This document shows, piece after piece, positions 27,703 to 39,720 of a stretch of 64,000 nucleotides of DNA. A program made the position numbers and the translations under genes. Positions within the stretch are counted from its first letter, which is position 1. Every line of letters begins with the position of its first letter. The notes under the pieces are model-generated. The model worked only from the letters and a program-made list of their open reading frames with translations. It was not told where the DNA came from and searched no databases. The stretch comes from Eledone cirrhosa (Eukaryota): contig OZ024741.1 of the NCBI GenBank assembly GCA_964016885.1, positions 374,232,001 to 374,296,000 on the forward strand, in the 5' to 3' direction.

Positions 27703-28659
27703 CTGAAATACCAAAGAGATCTTGGAATCAGTACAAAGTAACAGAATGAAAACAAAAACACACAAAGAAAAAAAGGTTCACCAATTCTAGGAAATCAATT
27801 TCCAAATCAATAAAATTTATTATATAATTCACTTTCCCAATAGCAATCTCACTTTGTGATTTGGGTAGTTTATGATCAGAGAAATGGAAGCTGATAAAAC
27901 TACTATACATTAATAGATTCTATTTTGTGTTGGTTGCCATTGATATCTCGGTTGTCCTTCATTTCAGACTGTTTTCTTCTGCTAAATCTTGAGGACATTA
28001 TACCTGTGGAAGGAGTTCCACAGCATGGAATGGCTGATGCAGCAGATATTGCAAGGTAAAATAATTCCTTGGTTAACTAGTAATCTATTTAGTCTAGCGG
28101 AATGCACCTCCCAAAATACACTACACTAGCAACTTTAAAGTTAGAACAACACACAGAGAAGCAGAAAGCAACTTGAATTGGAAGGACATGAAAGCTAGAG
28201 GAGCCCTCAACTCAACAAATTCAGGGGTGTCTTGTTTGGCGCTTTTAACAATAAGGAAGAAGAGATAAAGACATAGAACATTGAGGGGTTCTGAGAGATA
28301 ACCTGCTGAAGGTTACTGATGAGATATGTGGCTAGAGTCAGGCCCCAAGAAGATAGAGGGTAACTTGGCAGTGGAACAGTAAGGTAGGTGAGGAGATTAA
28401 AGCTAAGAAACAGACATGGAAGAACTGGCAAAATTGGGGAAGAAGAGAATGATACCAAGAAGCCAGGAGAGAAGCTAACCGCTATGTACACTCTGCGAGA
28501 TGGGAAGCACAAAGTAAGAAATTTGCACATATTCCACACCGTGAGAGGTAAAGGTGTGAGTTGTTCCAGATTGCAAGTCCTCCAACCTGATCTCTCCCAA
28601 ATGGACAGCCTGTCCTACCTATGCTAGTGTGGAAAATGGACATTAAACAATGATGATGA

Positions 28660-30190
28660 TGATGTGTTAGGGAAAATAAAGATGTTGGCAAGAAGTGTGA
28701 CTAATGATAGTGTTGTTTCTTCTCTACAATGAAGAGAAGAAAAAGGCATAGAAGTTCTATTATGAGAGAGCGTTGAAAATGCATGGGAAGATAGTCTGAC
28801 CCAAGTAAAACCAACAGAAGATCTGGCCATCCAAGTTAGCAGCAGTATGCTGAAAGTATCTGGGACTGTGGGCCACCACACCTTAACTACATGTACACCA
28901 AATAAGGTTGTATAGGATGGTGTCATACCCAATGACTGGCATAGCATCATCATCAACTGCTAAGGGACAGGGGAAACTGGAGAGCCATCAAGTTGATGGA
29001 CCAGATTATGGAAGTTACAGAAAGAGTTATAGCACAACTTATCAGGAATCAAGTTAACCTAGACAAGATGCAGTTTGGCTTTATGTTAGGTAGAAGTACA
29101 ACCGATCCCTTGTGAAACAACTGCAAGAGAAGTATTTAGTTGAGTGTAAACCCCTCTACCTGTAGAAAGTTTTTGGCAAAGTACCTTGTTCTATAGTCTA
29201 GTGGGCTCTTAGGAAACTGGGAGTAGATAAATGGCTTGTGAGTAGTGTACAAGCTATGTATGGGGGGTAAAGTTAGCAAAGTAAGAATTAACTCTAAGTA
29301 TAGAGTGAGGTTGGGTGTCCACCAGGACTTCATCCTTAGCCCCCTTTTTATTATAGCCCTCCACACCATAACAGAGGAGTTTAAGACCGGCTGCCCAAGG
29401 GAACTTAGCTATGCAGACAACCTAATTATCATAGCTAAATCTGATAAGAGATTCCAGACTAGGAAGAAAAATCTGGAATTGAAATGTCTAAAACTAAAGT
29501 CCTAGAATGTAGGAAAGACAACAGGGCCCTGATTAAACCAGGGAAATTGCTGTACTGAATATGCAAAAAGGAACCAGTAAAAATACCATAAAGTGCACAA
29601 AATACAAAGTATGGATACACATACATGGTATAGTGAGATATCTTCTTAGGCTAACAAAGATTGTAGGCTATCAAATGCTCTGACAGCTTCTTACAAGTGT
29701 TTGACAGTTTCTGCTACCAATTAGGTAACTTAATAAGCAGCGTGAAAGTACAGTAGCTAAAATGAGGACCAAGTGGAAAATCTTGAGGGAGCTACTACCT
29801 CTGCTGGCCACAGGGTCTCTGCCACAGAACAAAAAGCAGGTTGTATGATGCCAGTGAAATTACTGTAATACTGCATAGATGTGTGAGACAGGCCTTAAAT
29901 GCAGAGGATTTGCAAAGATGGGAAAGAAATGAGACAAGCATGTTCCAATGAATATGTAATGTTAGTGTGTATGAGAGATAAAGCTTAAATCAACAGAGAG
30001 ATAAGCTGAACATAAGTGGGCTTAGATGCAGTATACAAAAAAAAAACTGTGATGGTTTGGACACATGATGCATATGAAGAATGACAGCCGTATAAAAAAG
30101 TGTAAAGCACTCAAAGTTGATGGAAACTGTGGAAGAGGGAATCCCAGGAAAACTTGAGATGGTGTAGTAAAGGCCGACTCCAGACTAACA
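28660..30190 (+). mobile_element. Old degraded RTE LINE of the same lineage
   Basis: Fragments GVHQDFILSPLFII, TEEFKTGCPRELSYADNL, WFGHMMHMK with stops and frameshifts. Confidence 0.85.
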
Positions 30191-30501
30191 ATAAGCAAAA
30201 TACTCAACCGACAATAAGCAAAAGATATCTGAAATTTTTTTAATTCTTTGGTTAAATAAAAAGTTCTACAATTATATATTTAAATATTTTACAGAACTAA
30301 ACACATACTTTTAAAGAGTTAGTAAGTTATTGTTCAATGAAGTGGTCATGCTTAACTTTAAAATGTCACTCCTCACCATGCTATACATAGAATTACTCTT
30401 TGTTTCCAGGCAGTTATACTGTGTCTATACTGAGGCACCACTATTGCAAGAAGTTCTTCATAATCTTTAACAAAAGGAAGATAATTTATGCATACACTTA
30501 C

Positions 30502-30618
30502 CATTTTCCGATCCATTTTTGCTTTGATATCTCTAGCCAAAGTAAAGAAGGCGTCCTCTACATTGATGCTGGCTTTAGCACTGGTTTCCATGAATTTTAT
30601 GCCATGTTCAATTGCAAG
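30502..30618 (-). CDS. RAB8: Rab8 exon 6 (117 nt): [39 protein letters not shown]
   Basis: ctattttag acceptor, GTAAGT donor; G5 ETSAK; [14 protein letters not shown] is Rab8-typical. Confidence 0.97.
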
Positions 30619-31314
30619 CTAAAATAGAAAGAAAAACAATCATTTGTAGAGTTTATCAAAATTAGGCTATCAAAACTATAAGTTCATTGCATCTGATATA
30701 TCACTTCATGCTAGTTTGAAATGACTCCGTCTAAATGTATCTTCACTCTCACCTTGAAATTTCCTTTTATACCTTTTGATACCAAACTGCCTAAAACTGT
30801 TTGTTTTAAAATGTTTATATTTATCTAAAAACCATACGTGATAACTTTATGTAAGAACCTTTGTTAAGTTACATTCCAAACAATTACTTGATAATGAGAA
30901 AGTCACTTATAACATTAAGGAAGCAATCGATAAGATCTCAGTTCTCATTCGCTTACCGAGTGGGGGGGAACGCATCAAGTCAGACCAAGGAAACAAGGTT
31001 TCCATTGGTCTTTCCATTACTGATACTTTTTTCCAGTTTCAAACTATTAAATCCTTCCAAATTGTTGATTATGTTCAAAATCCTTAGAAATATGGTAACA
31101 AAGGGGTTAACATTAACATCCTTTATATTAACCAATTTGTCATTTCATAACTAGCATCTCTGCCAACATCTTTCATTCTTATCATAAAATTACACAAATA
31201 GAATCAGTCTTGAAAATAAAAATACTTTTCAAATTCTTGGTGTAAAAAAAAAAAACATTAATCACTAATGAATGCAAGGTTCACATATGTTCTCAGCTAA
31301 ACATTTCCCTATAT

Positions 31315-33180
31315 CTGTAGGTCACACTATAACCACACGTATCGTTAACCAGGTAATACTAGAGGGGGCCATACCAAAAGATTGGTGCAGTAGCATCATT
31401 GTCAACTGCTACAAAGGTAAAGGCGATGCACTAGATAGAGGAAACTATAGAGGTATAAAGTTGATGGACCAGGTCATGAAAGTAACAGAAAGAGTTATAG
31501 CACAGCTGATTAGGGACCGAGTGAATATAGACGAGATGCAATTTGGGTTTGTACCAGGGAAAGGCACCACTGATGCCCTCTTCCTTGTGAGGCAATTACA
31601 GGAAAAGTACCTAGCTAAAAGTAAGCCACTCTACTTGGCATTTGTCGACCTTGAGAAAGCCTTTGACAGAGTTCCACGTGCAGTAATCTGGTGGGCTCTT
31701 AGAAAACTAGGAGTAGATGAATGGCTTGTGAAAGCGGTACAAGCCATGTATAGGGGAGCAGTCAGCAAAGTTAGGATTAGCAATGAGTATAGCGAGGAAT
31801 TTAGCGTACAGGTTGGGGTCCACCAGGGCTCTGTTCTTAGCCCTCTCCTGTTCATCATAGTCCTGCAGGCAATAACGGAGGAGTTTAAGACCGGATGCCC
31901 ATGGGAACTCCTGTATGCTGATGACCTCGCACTCATAGCTGAATCTATGGTAGAACTAGAGAATAAATTCCAAACCTGGAAGCAGGGACTAGAGAGAAAG
32001 GGCCTCAAAGTCAACATGACAAAGACTAAGGTCCTTATAAGTAGACGAGAAAACAGAACCCAGATCCCCTCAGGGAAATGGCCTTGCTCAGTATGTAGGA
32101 AAGGTGTAAGTAGGAACTCCATTCTCTGCCCCAAATGCAAACAATGGGTACACAAGAGATGTAGCGGGATCTCAGGAAGCTTAATTAAGAATGTAGGATT
32201 CACATGCAGCAGCTGTGCTGAAACAGCAAGCAAACAGCCACAGGAAACAAGTACCACCAATCTCTGGGAGGGCCCTGTAGAAACAGTAGACAGCTTCTGC
32301 TACCTAGGTGACCGAATTAGCAGCGGAGGTGGGTGCTCAGAAAGTACAATAACTAGGGTAAGAACGGGATGGAAGAAGTTTAGGGAACTACTACCACTGC
32401 TAGCTGCAAAAGGCTTCTCCCTCAGAATGAAAGGCAGACTGTATGATGCGTGTATCCGAACAGCGATGTTGCATGGTAGTGAGACCTGGGCGCTGAAGGT
32501 GGAAGACTTACGTAGATTAGAGAGAAACGAAGCCTGCATGCTCCGATGGATGTGTAACAGTAATATACGTGAACGACAAAGCATAAAGGAATTGAGAGAG
32601 AGACTGAGCATAAGAGGAATCAAATGCTGCGTGCAGGAGAGGCGGTTACGCTGGTATGGACATGTGATGCGTATGAAGGATGACAGCTGCATAAAAAGGT
32701 GCAGAGCACTAGAAGTTGATGGAAACCGCGGAGTGGGGAGACCCAAGATGATTTGGGATGAGGTGATAAAAGCCGACCTTACCCAACTACACCTCTCAAA
32801 GTCAATGACACACGACCGTGACTTCTGGCGTCACGCAGTAATACAGGGTACCCGACCTCCCATGGGTACATGCTGAAGCATATAAACAATATGCCCCCAC
32901 TACCCCCACCGCAAGGTGGTCGTGGAGGTGCCACGGCAAAAAAGCACCCAGCCCACACTGTAAAGTGGACGTGTAGGCGCCACGAAAAAGCACCCAGCAC
33001 TCACTGTAAATGAGGTTGGTGTTAGGAAGGGCATCCAGCTGTAGAAATCAAGCCAGATCAGTTCCTGTATGAGCAAGGCATGGCCAGCCGACCAGACACT
33101 GCCCACAACAGGACAACCCGTCTAACCCATGCTAGCGTGGAAGAACGGACGTAAAACAGTGATGATGATGATGATGATGA
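31315..33180 (+). mobile_element. Young 5'-truncated RTE-clade LINE with uninterrupted RT ORF, ~300-bp 3' UTR and (GAT)n tail
   Basis: ORF 31272-32876 has NYRGIKL, QFGF, FVDLEKAFD, QGSVLSPLLF, YADD, FCYLG, RRLRWYGHV; the first ~15 codons derive from flanking DNA. Confidence 0.93.
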
Positions 33181-33685
33181 TATATTGTTGCAATATCGCA
33201 CTGGTGTCATTTTCCCAAATATTCTTTAACTGGCACAGCAAAAAGCACCAGGTAACCCTGTAAGGTGGTCAAGCTGGTGACACGATGAAAATGTTGAGCC
33301 TGTCAGTTGGTCATTTTGGTGCCACGATAAAAAGTACCCAGTCCATACATTAGGAAAGGCATCAGGCCATAGAAACCAAGCCAAAATGAGTTCTGTATGA
33401 GCAAGACACAGTCACCTGATCTGACTTGACTCACAGCAGGACAACTCGTCTAACCCATGGTAACGTTGAAAATGGACATTAAACAGTGATGATGGTTTCA
33501 GTTATTAGACTACAGTCATGCTGAGTATGACCTTCAAGGGTTTAGTTTATACCAATCACAGAACTTATTTCAACCATCTTTATTTGTTCAACCACTAAGT
33601 TATAGGACATGAAAAACAATGCTTACATATTTCTATGCCTCAGCTTTGTTCATCACAATATCAAATAAAACTTTTTCATAAAAGT

Positions 33686-34959
33686 ATCATCATCATCGTT
33701 TAACGTCTATCTTCCACGCTAGCATGGGTTTAGACGGGAATTGTCCCACGTGAGGCAAGATTGGTTGTCTTGCTCGTATAGGACTGTCTGGCGGGTTTTC
33801 TACGGCTTGATGCCCTTCCTAATACCAACCACATTTACAGTGTGGACTGGGAGGTTTTTACCGTATTACCTACATGGCCACTTTACAGCATGGACTGTGT
33901 TTTTTTTGTCGCGACACCTACACAACCTCATTTAATTAGGACTGGATGTTGTGGTACCAACATAACTTTACATCGAAAGGGGTGGTGTAGATGGTGGTGG
34001 GAGTAGTGGGACGGGGATGTATTTTGGTTAAGAGGTGCCTACTGACTGTAGGTTTCGCTTTGTACTTAGGCAAGGCAGGTTTTCTGTATTACTGCGTAGC
34101 GCCAAAGATCTCGGTCTGGTGACATTGTCTTGGAGGTGTAAGTGTATAAGGTCGGAATTCATCAAATCGTCCCAGGTTTTTCTGGGTCTACCTACTCCGT
34201 AGCTTCCATCCATTTTGATCGCCCTGCACTTTTTTATACAGCTGTCATTTTTCATGCACATCACGTGACCATACCAACGTAGTCTTCTCTCAAGTAAACA
34301 GCCCACGTATATTACTATTACACATCCAACAGAGCATGCAAGCTTCATTCCTCTCCAGTCTGCGCAGATCCTCTACACACAATGCCCATGTCTCACTGCC
34401 ATGTAACATTGCTGTTCGCATACAAGCATCATACAGTCTGCCTTTCATTTTTAGAGAGAAACCTTTAGCATCCCGAACTTTTTCCATCCCGTTCTGACTG
34501 ACTACTGTACTTTCAGAGCACCCACCACCACTGCTGATTTTGTCACCCAGGTAACGGAAGGTGTCCAGTATTTCTATAGAACCATCTGGGCAATGGAAGG
34601 AGCTAGTATCCTGTGGGCACTTGCTACTACTTATTGCAGCTGAGCACCGGCCACATATAAAATCTATGTTCTAGGTTAGTTTACCTGTGATCCCACTCCA
34701 TCTTTTATGCACCAATACTTCGCATTTGGGACATAAAATAGAGTTTTTGCCTACTCCTTTCCTACACACTGAGCATGGCCATTTCCCAGAGGGGACCAGT
34801 GCCCTATTTTCCTTCCTACATACTAGAACTTTAGTCCTAGACAAGTTAATTTTAAGGCCCTTTGATTCTAGGCCATGCTTGGAATTTCTTCTCTAGTTCA
34901 GCCATTGATTCAACGTTAGATCATCTGCGTATAGAAGTTCCCATAGGCAGCCGGTCTAA
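33686..34959 (-). mobile_element. 5'-truncated, frameshifted RTE LINE related to the 31.3-kb copy, opposite orientation
   Basis: Minus-strand KGRLYDACMRTAMLHGSETW and RRLRWYGHVM, PHD relic, same type of 3' UTR and (GAT)n tail. Confidence 0.9.
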
Positions 34960-34979
34960 AGTATATATATATATATACA

Positions 34980-35345
34980 TATCCTCACCCACGCCACCAC
35001 CCTCATCAGGCCTAATGGCTATCTCTTTTATGTTAGGGACTCTTTTTGTTGCACTACAACTAGTCTAGCCTCGTCTATGGGTTCTGGTGCATGCCATCTG
35101 GTGCTATTTACATTAATCAGACTGGTCACTGACTGGCTGACAGATTTGCTGAACATCTGCGAGACATCTGGGTCAGCAACCCATCCGTGGTGGCCCTGAC
35201 ATTTCCTCTCTGCCAGACATTCCACATCAGCTCACTGTATTCGGGCTTGCTTCCTATAGCAGATCCCTGACACGCTCCGTAGTGTGAGCAGAGGCTTTTT
35301 TTTTTCTTAATACCCCTACTTCCCATGGCCTTAATGCACCTCCCC
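34980..35345 (+). mobile_element. Penelope-like element GIY-YIG endonuclease relic
   Basis: Reads IYINQTGH*LADRFAEHLRDI ... EQRL ... HGLN, the YIGQT.R.L..R..EH / E / GLN pattern; flanked by (TA)n. Confidence 0.75.
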
Positions 35346-35421
35346 TTTTCCTCTGATCTGCCCGTCAGACTTTTTTTCTTTTTAAGCGTGAACCTAATAG
35401 AGAGAGAGAGCGCACGCGTGT

Positions 35422-35457
<36 letters not shown>

Positions 35458-36431
35458 ACAAGGTAGAATCCCAACAATGAGCTCTACAGTTTCAACAGGT
35501 TTCCACAAGTTTCTTCAAGAGGCCCCTTGAAAAACAGTAGAAACAAATTGAAATGCCTTGCCATCGATATTCTACCTCTTCAATATATCCAATCTGCATT
35601 TTATCATGCATCGAGTATCACCCTGCACATACAGTGAGTCTGCTTTTAAAATACAAGGACAAGATTTTTTTTTTTTTTTTAGTTAAAAAAAAGCTGGAAA
35701 ACTTTTAACATCTTGTACGCTTAATCTAAGGGAGAAAACTCTACTCACCTACAGCTATTTTTTTTTTCCGAGTCTTCTCAACTTCTAGAGAAACATCGAA
35801 GCATTTTTATGAGTTTTGAACAGTTTTTTTTAATAAGGGGGCGGGGAGACTGAACGGTACAATTCAAAGGCTTATAACTCTCAATGTAATTGTTCAGCAA
35901 TAGAATTTTAAGAAGTAACTGCTAATTTAAGAGTTTTGATTCAGATAAAAAACGCTATGCTAGAAAGAGAAATATATAGGTATGTCTTTTTAGAATAGGT
36001 ACACCACACCTTATTGTAAAGCAACTAAACAGGTTGGCATCAAAAAGAACATCCGACAGTAAAACACAGCATTAAAAAAAATTTCATCCAATCCATGCCA
36101 GTATGGAAATACATGTATGGACCTGTAACTCCTGATGTAGCTGTAGAAGTGCTGTAAATCTGTTATACAGCATCTCTTGAGCACTTTAAACCTATCACTT
36201 CTCCAGGCCTGTAAAAAGCCAATTTCTTCCAGGGAGAATGAGAAAGAATTCACCCCAGTACTGAACTAATGCTTTTAAAAAGAGAGCAGAAAGCCGAAAT
36301 GAATAGTGCAAAGCCTTATATCCGACATTCACTTCCAACTCTGCCAATTCACTTCCTCCAGAATGGAAATGGGGATGTAATTTCGATAATGATGAAAAAA
36401 AAAAAAAAAAGCAATGAAGAGCTAAATTTAC

Positions 36432-36521
36432 CTGTTCTCCCCTTTCTTTAGATACCTGTCGTCGATCAGTCATATCACATTTGTTGCCTAAAATCATTTT
36501 CTCAACGTCTTTAGAAGCATG
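36432..36521 (-). CDS. RAB8: Rab8 exon 5 (90 nt): [30 protein letters not shown]
   Basis: tttgcag acceptor, GTAAAT donor; G4 NKCD motif. Confidence 0.97.
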
Positions 36522-37644
36522 CTGCAAACAAAAATTCAGATTTTTATTAGAATTCCCAATTATTAAAATTTATTAGAATTCACATTTACTACCATCATCA
36601 GTTTAATACATATTCCACCACAGTCTACACATGAATCTTTCCATCATAGCTACATCAATAGATTGAGAGTTTTCTTGGAAGCTAACATTGTTACCTATTG
36701 CTCCATCTCCCCTAGTAGTTTATCACTGTTAGTCCAGGGTTACTTATTCATTTGGTAGGAGCCCACTTATATCGTAACTAACCATCGTATCTGATGACTA
36801 TCGCTATCTGCCACCTATGACTCATTCTCGAGCATAACAGCTCTGCTGAGCTAAGAATCCTAAAATCAACTTGTATGCTGGATTGACTTATACACTGCAA
36901 TTTGTAATGTATATCCAGCCTCTTTCAAACACATTGGCAAATTATTGTACAACAACACAAACAATCATTCTAAACTGATGAGCTACCTCATCTAATCCAG
37001 CTTGAAAATATAAATTTCTCATTTTGGCACAAGGCCAGCAAATTTGGAAGGGCAGAATTGATTCAATCAACCCCAGTTCTTGCTTGTCTAGTACTTTATT
37101 TTATCAACTCCAGAAGGAGGAAAGGCAAAGCTGACCTCAGCAGGATTTGAAGTCAGAATGTAAAGAACCAAAATAAATATTACAATGCATTTTATCTGAC
37201 ACATTATCAATTCTGCCAATCCACCACCCTTAAAACTAATAATGACTCATAAAATATGTATGTTTCTTACAACATAATCAGTCTACAATTAGCAAACAAA
37301 GTTTGTAATATGAGAATGATCTTAAGGTGCAGGTAAAAGAAGCACTCGCAAACCTCAGGTAATAGCCAGGTATGTGCTGCTAAGGGGAAATAAGTAATGA
37401 GAGACTCAGTGATAAAAAATCTTAGCTGCTTTACATGCAGCTGTCTTGTCTTGATATGAACAAGTGAAAGCTACTAGGATGGTTCGCTATAAATGGGCTG
37501 GTGACATTGCAGTTATATTTTGTTGAAATATATTTTTACTACCATAGTAGCATCTTTTTTTAACCCTTTTGATACCAAACTACCTTGAACCCTCACCCCA
37601 CTGATTCTATGATACAAAACTTTATTTCAAAGTGTTAATATTTA

Positions 37645-37682
<38 letters not shown>

Positions 37683-37782
37683 CCATCATAATTTCATGTA
37701 AAAAAAACTATTGCTACAGTACATTCCAAACAACAGTTTAACAATGAGAAAGAAAGTCATATTACTAAATCCTTCTAAATAG

Positions 37783-38057
37783 CAAAGGCACGTGGCCTAG
37801 TGGTAAAGGTGTCAGACTAACGATCATGTCGTGGGTTTGATTCCTGAACTGGGTTGTGTGTTGTGTTTTTGAGAAAACAGTTCATTTCACATTGCTCCAG
37901 TATACACAACTGAAAATGAGTACCAGCAATAGCTGGGGCTTTAACCCCGTGATGGACTGGCATCCTGTTCAGGGGGTAATCTTATACTCTGTCGCTTCAC
38001 GTTACAGAAACCAGGATAAGCAGTGGCCTGGTGAGCCTCTGGCTTCAAGACAGACTT
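37783..38057 (+). mobile_element. tRNA-derived SINE of a second family (CORE-like)
   Basis: GTGGCCTAGTGGTAAAGG A box, GGTTTGATTCC B box, TTCATTTCACATTGCTCCAG core, AACCCCGTGATGGACTGGCATCC; related heads near 11305-11400 and 53420-53555 (minus). Confidence 0.7.
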
Positions 38058-38704
38058 AAGATTTTTTTTTATTTTTATATATACATAGCCTCATTGAATT
38101 ATTTATTTTGTTGAGTTGTATTGTTTGTACTATCATAGAATAATATTTTTAACCCCTTTTTATAACAAACGGTCTGGAACAATCCTGGTTCTATTTGTTT
38201 TAAAGTGTTTGTATTTAAATAATTTCCATCATTTTATGTAAGAACCTTGTGCCAAATATCAGCTTAATAATGAGAAAGTTGTTGATTATTGTCAAAATTA
38301 TTTTTAAATCATAGGCAGTGTCTTTCATTAGAAATGGTAATGAAAGGATTAATATCCATTTATGAAAGCTGTATATGTTTACTAAGAGGTAGTGAATGTG
38401 TTAAGACAACACCTGGGTGTTGAGAACAAGAGAAAAGTATAATACAAGTGCTTGTCGTTAAAGGTGAAAACACGTAGATCAGAGATTGACAATATTTTTT
38501 TGAGTTTATATTTTCAAAATCTATGGTTTCTTTCTAAAATCCATATGATAATTATTTCAAAAAAGAAAAAAAAAAAAAAAGAAAAAAAAAACACATTCTT
38601 CAAAGATACTGAAACAAATGTATGAAACTACTACTGGTCTTCTTTGTTTGGTAGATATAGATATTTCATTTATTACAAACCTAACGAAATTTGATTGAAC
38701 TTAC

Positions 38705-38782
38705 CTCTTCAATATTCCGAATCCAATTTCTTATGTTTTCAAATGATTTTTCATTTGTGATATCATAGACTAACATAATTCC
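38705..38782 (-). CDS. RAB8: Rab8 exon 4 (78 nt): [26 protein letters not shown]
   Basis: Translated by hand (absent from ORF track); cttatag acceptor, GTAAGT donor; RabF5 LVYDIT. Confidence 0.96.
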
Positions 38783-39169
38783 CTATAAGAAAATGAATTT
38801 AATAAGTCAGAAGATAAGAAAATGAAATTAATAAGTCAGAAGCATTCAGTTTTGAAGAAAAATATACAAAAAAAAAAAGTGAATATTCCATAATTTTTCA
38901 CTGACAATTTAAAAAAAATGCATATAGAGAAAAATGGTTATTGAGAAGATCACAGAATGTAACAAAAGAGCTTTAATAAATATCTAGCTATTAAACTAAC
39001 CAAGGAATAAATTAGATACTTGACTAATAATAAACCTACTGAATAATAAACTTTATACAACATGCATGGCTACAGTGTACCTGTCCTAAAAACTGGGAAC
39101 ATGTTATTTATCTATAATATTGGTAAAGCTTTAACAAATTTTAATAGTGTACTACATCCTTATTTTCAC

Positions 39170-39720
39170 ATCAGGGAAAAGTGCATACAGTCAGATTTGA
39201 ACCCAGTGAAGTAGAGTGTACACTCGTCATCCACAGTCAATGAAGGAAGTGTCATACAAAATGACTGGGTTAGCAGTATCATTATCAACTGCTACTGGGG
39301 CAAAGAAGATGCTCTAGAAAGAAGCAACTAAAAACACATCAAACCGATAGAACAAATTATGAAAGTAACAGAGTTATAGCACTGATTGGTTAATATTAGC
39401 AGATATGAAACATAATTTTGATTTGTTCAAGAATATGGTACCACTGATGTCCACTTGTTAGTGAGACAACTACAAGAGGTTCTTAGCTAAGAGTAAGGCT
39501 AACACTCATTGATCCAGAAAATGTTTTTAAAGAGATACCATACTCTGTAGTTTGGTGATCTTTAAGAAACTAGAAGCAAATGAATGGCTTGTGAATGTGG
39601 TGCAGATATGTAACCAGCAAGGTGAGAATTGGCAAGGGATTCAGCAAGAAATTTAGTGTACAGGTAGGTAGCCATCAAGAAAAAATTCTTAGTTAGCAGT
39701 ACTATTGTCATCCGGGAAAT
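39170..39720 (+). mobile_element. Degraded RTE RT fragment
   Basis: Nucleotide similarity to 31370-31850 (AGCAGTATCATTATCAACTGCTAC, ATGAAAGTAACAGA, GAATGGCTTGTGAA). Confidence 0.75.

Noticed and set aside
27904-28076. ~57-codon open frame on the Rab8 strand just before exon 7 (ELFYLAISAASAIPCCGTPSTGIMSSRF...)
   Set aside because: The only frame-compatible acceptor is weak (AACCAAG) and there is no recognisable homology; would need junction reads
31631-32746. Minus-strand 209-aa and 148-aa ORFs
   Set aside because: Antisense shadows of the RTE RT ORF
36975-37006. CTGATGAGCT...AGCTTGAAA hammerhead-like string
   Set aside because: Extra bases before GAAA and no convincing stems I/III
37783-37852. 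tRNA-like sequence
   Set aside because: A/B boxes belong to a SINE head; no complete cloverleaf
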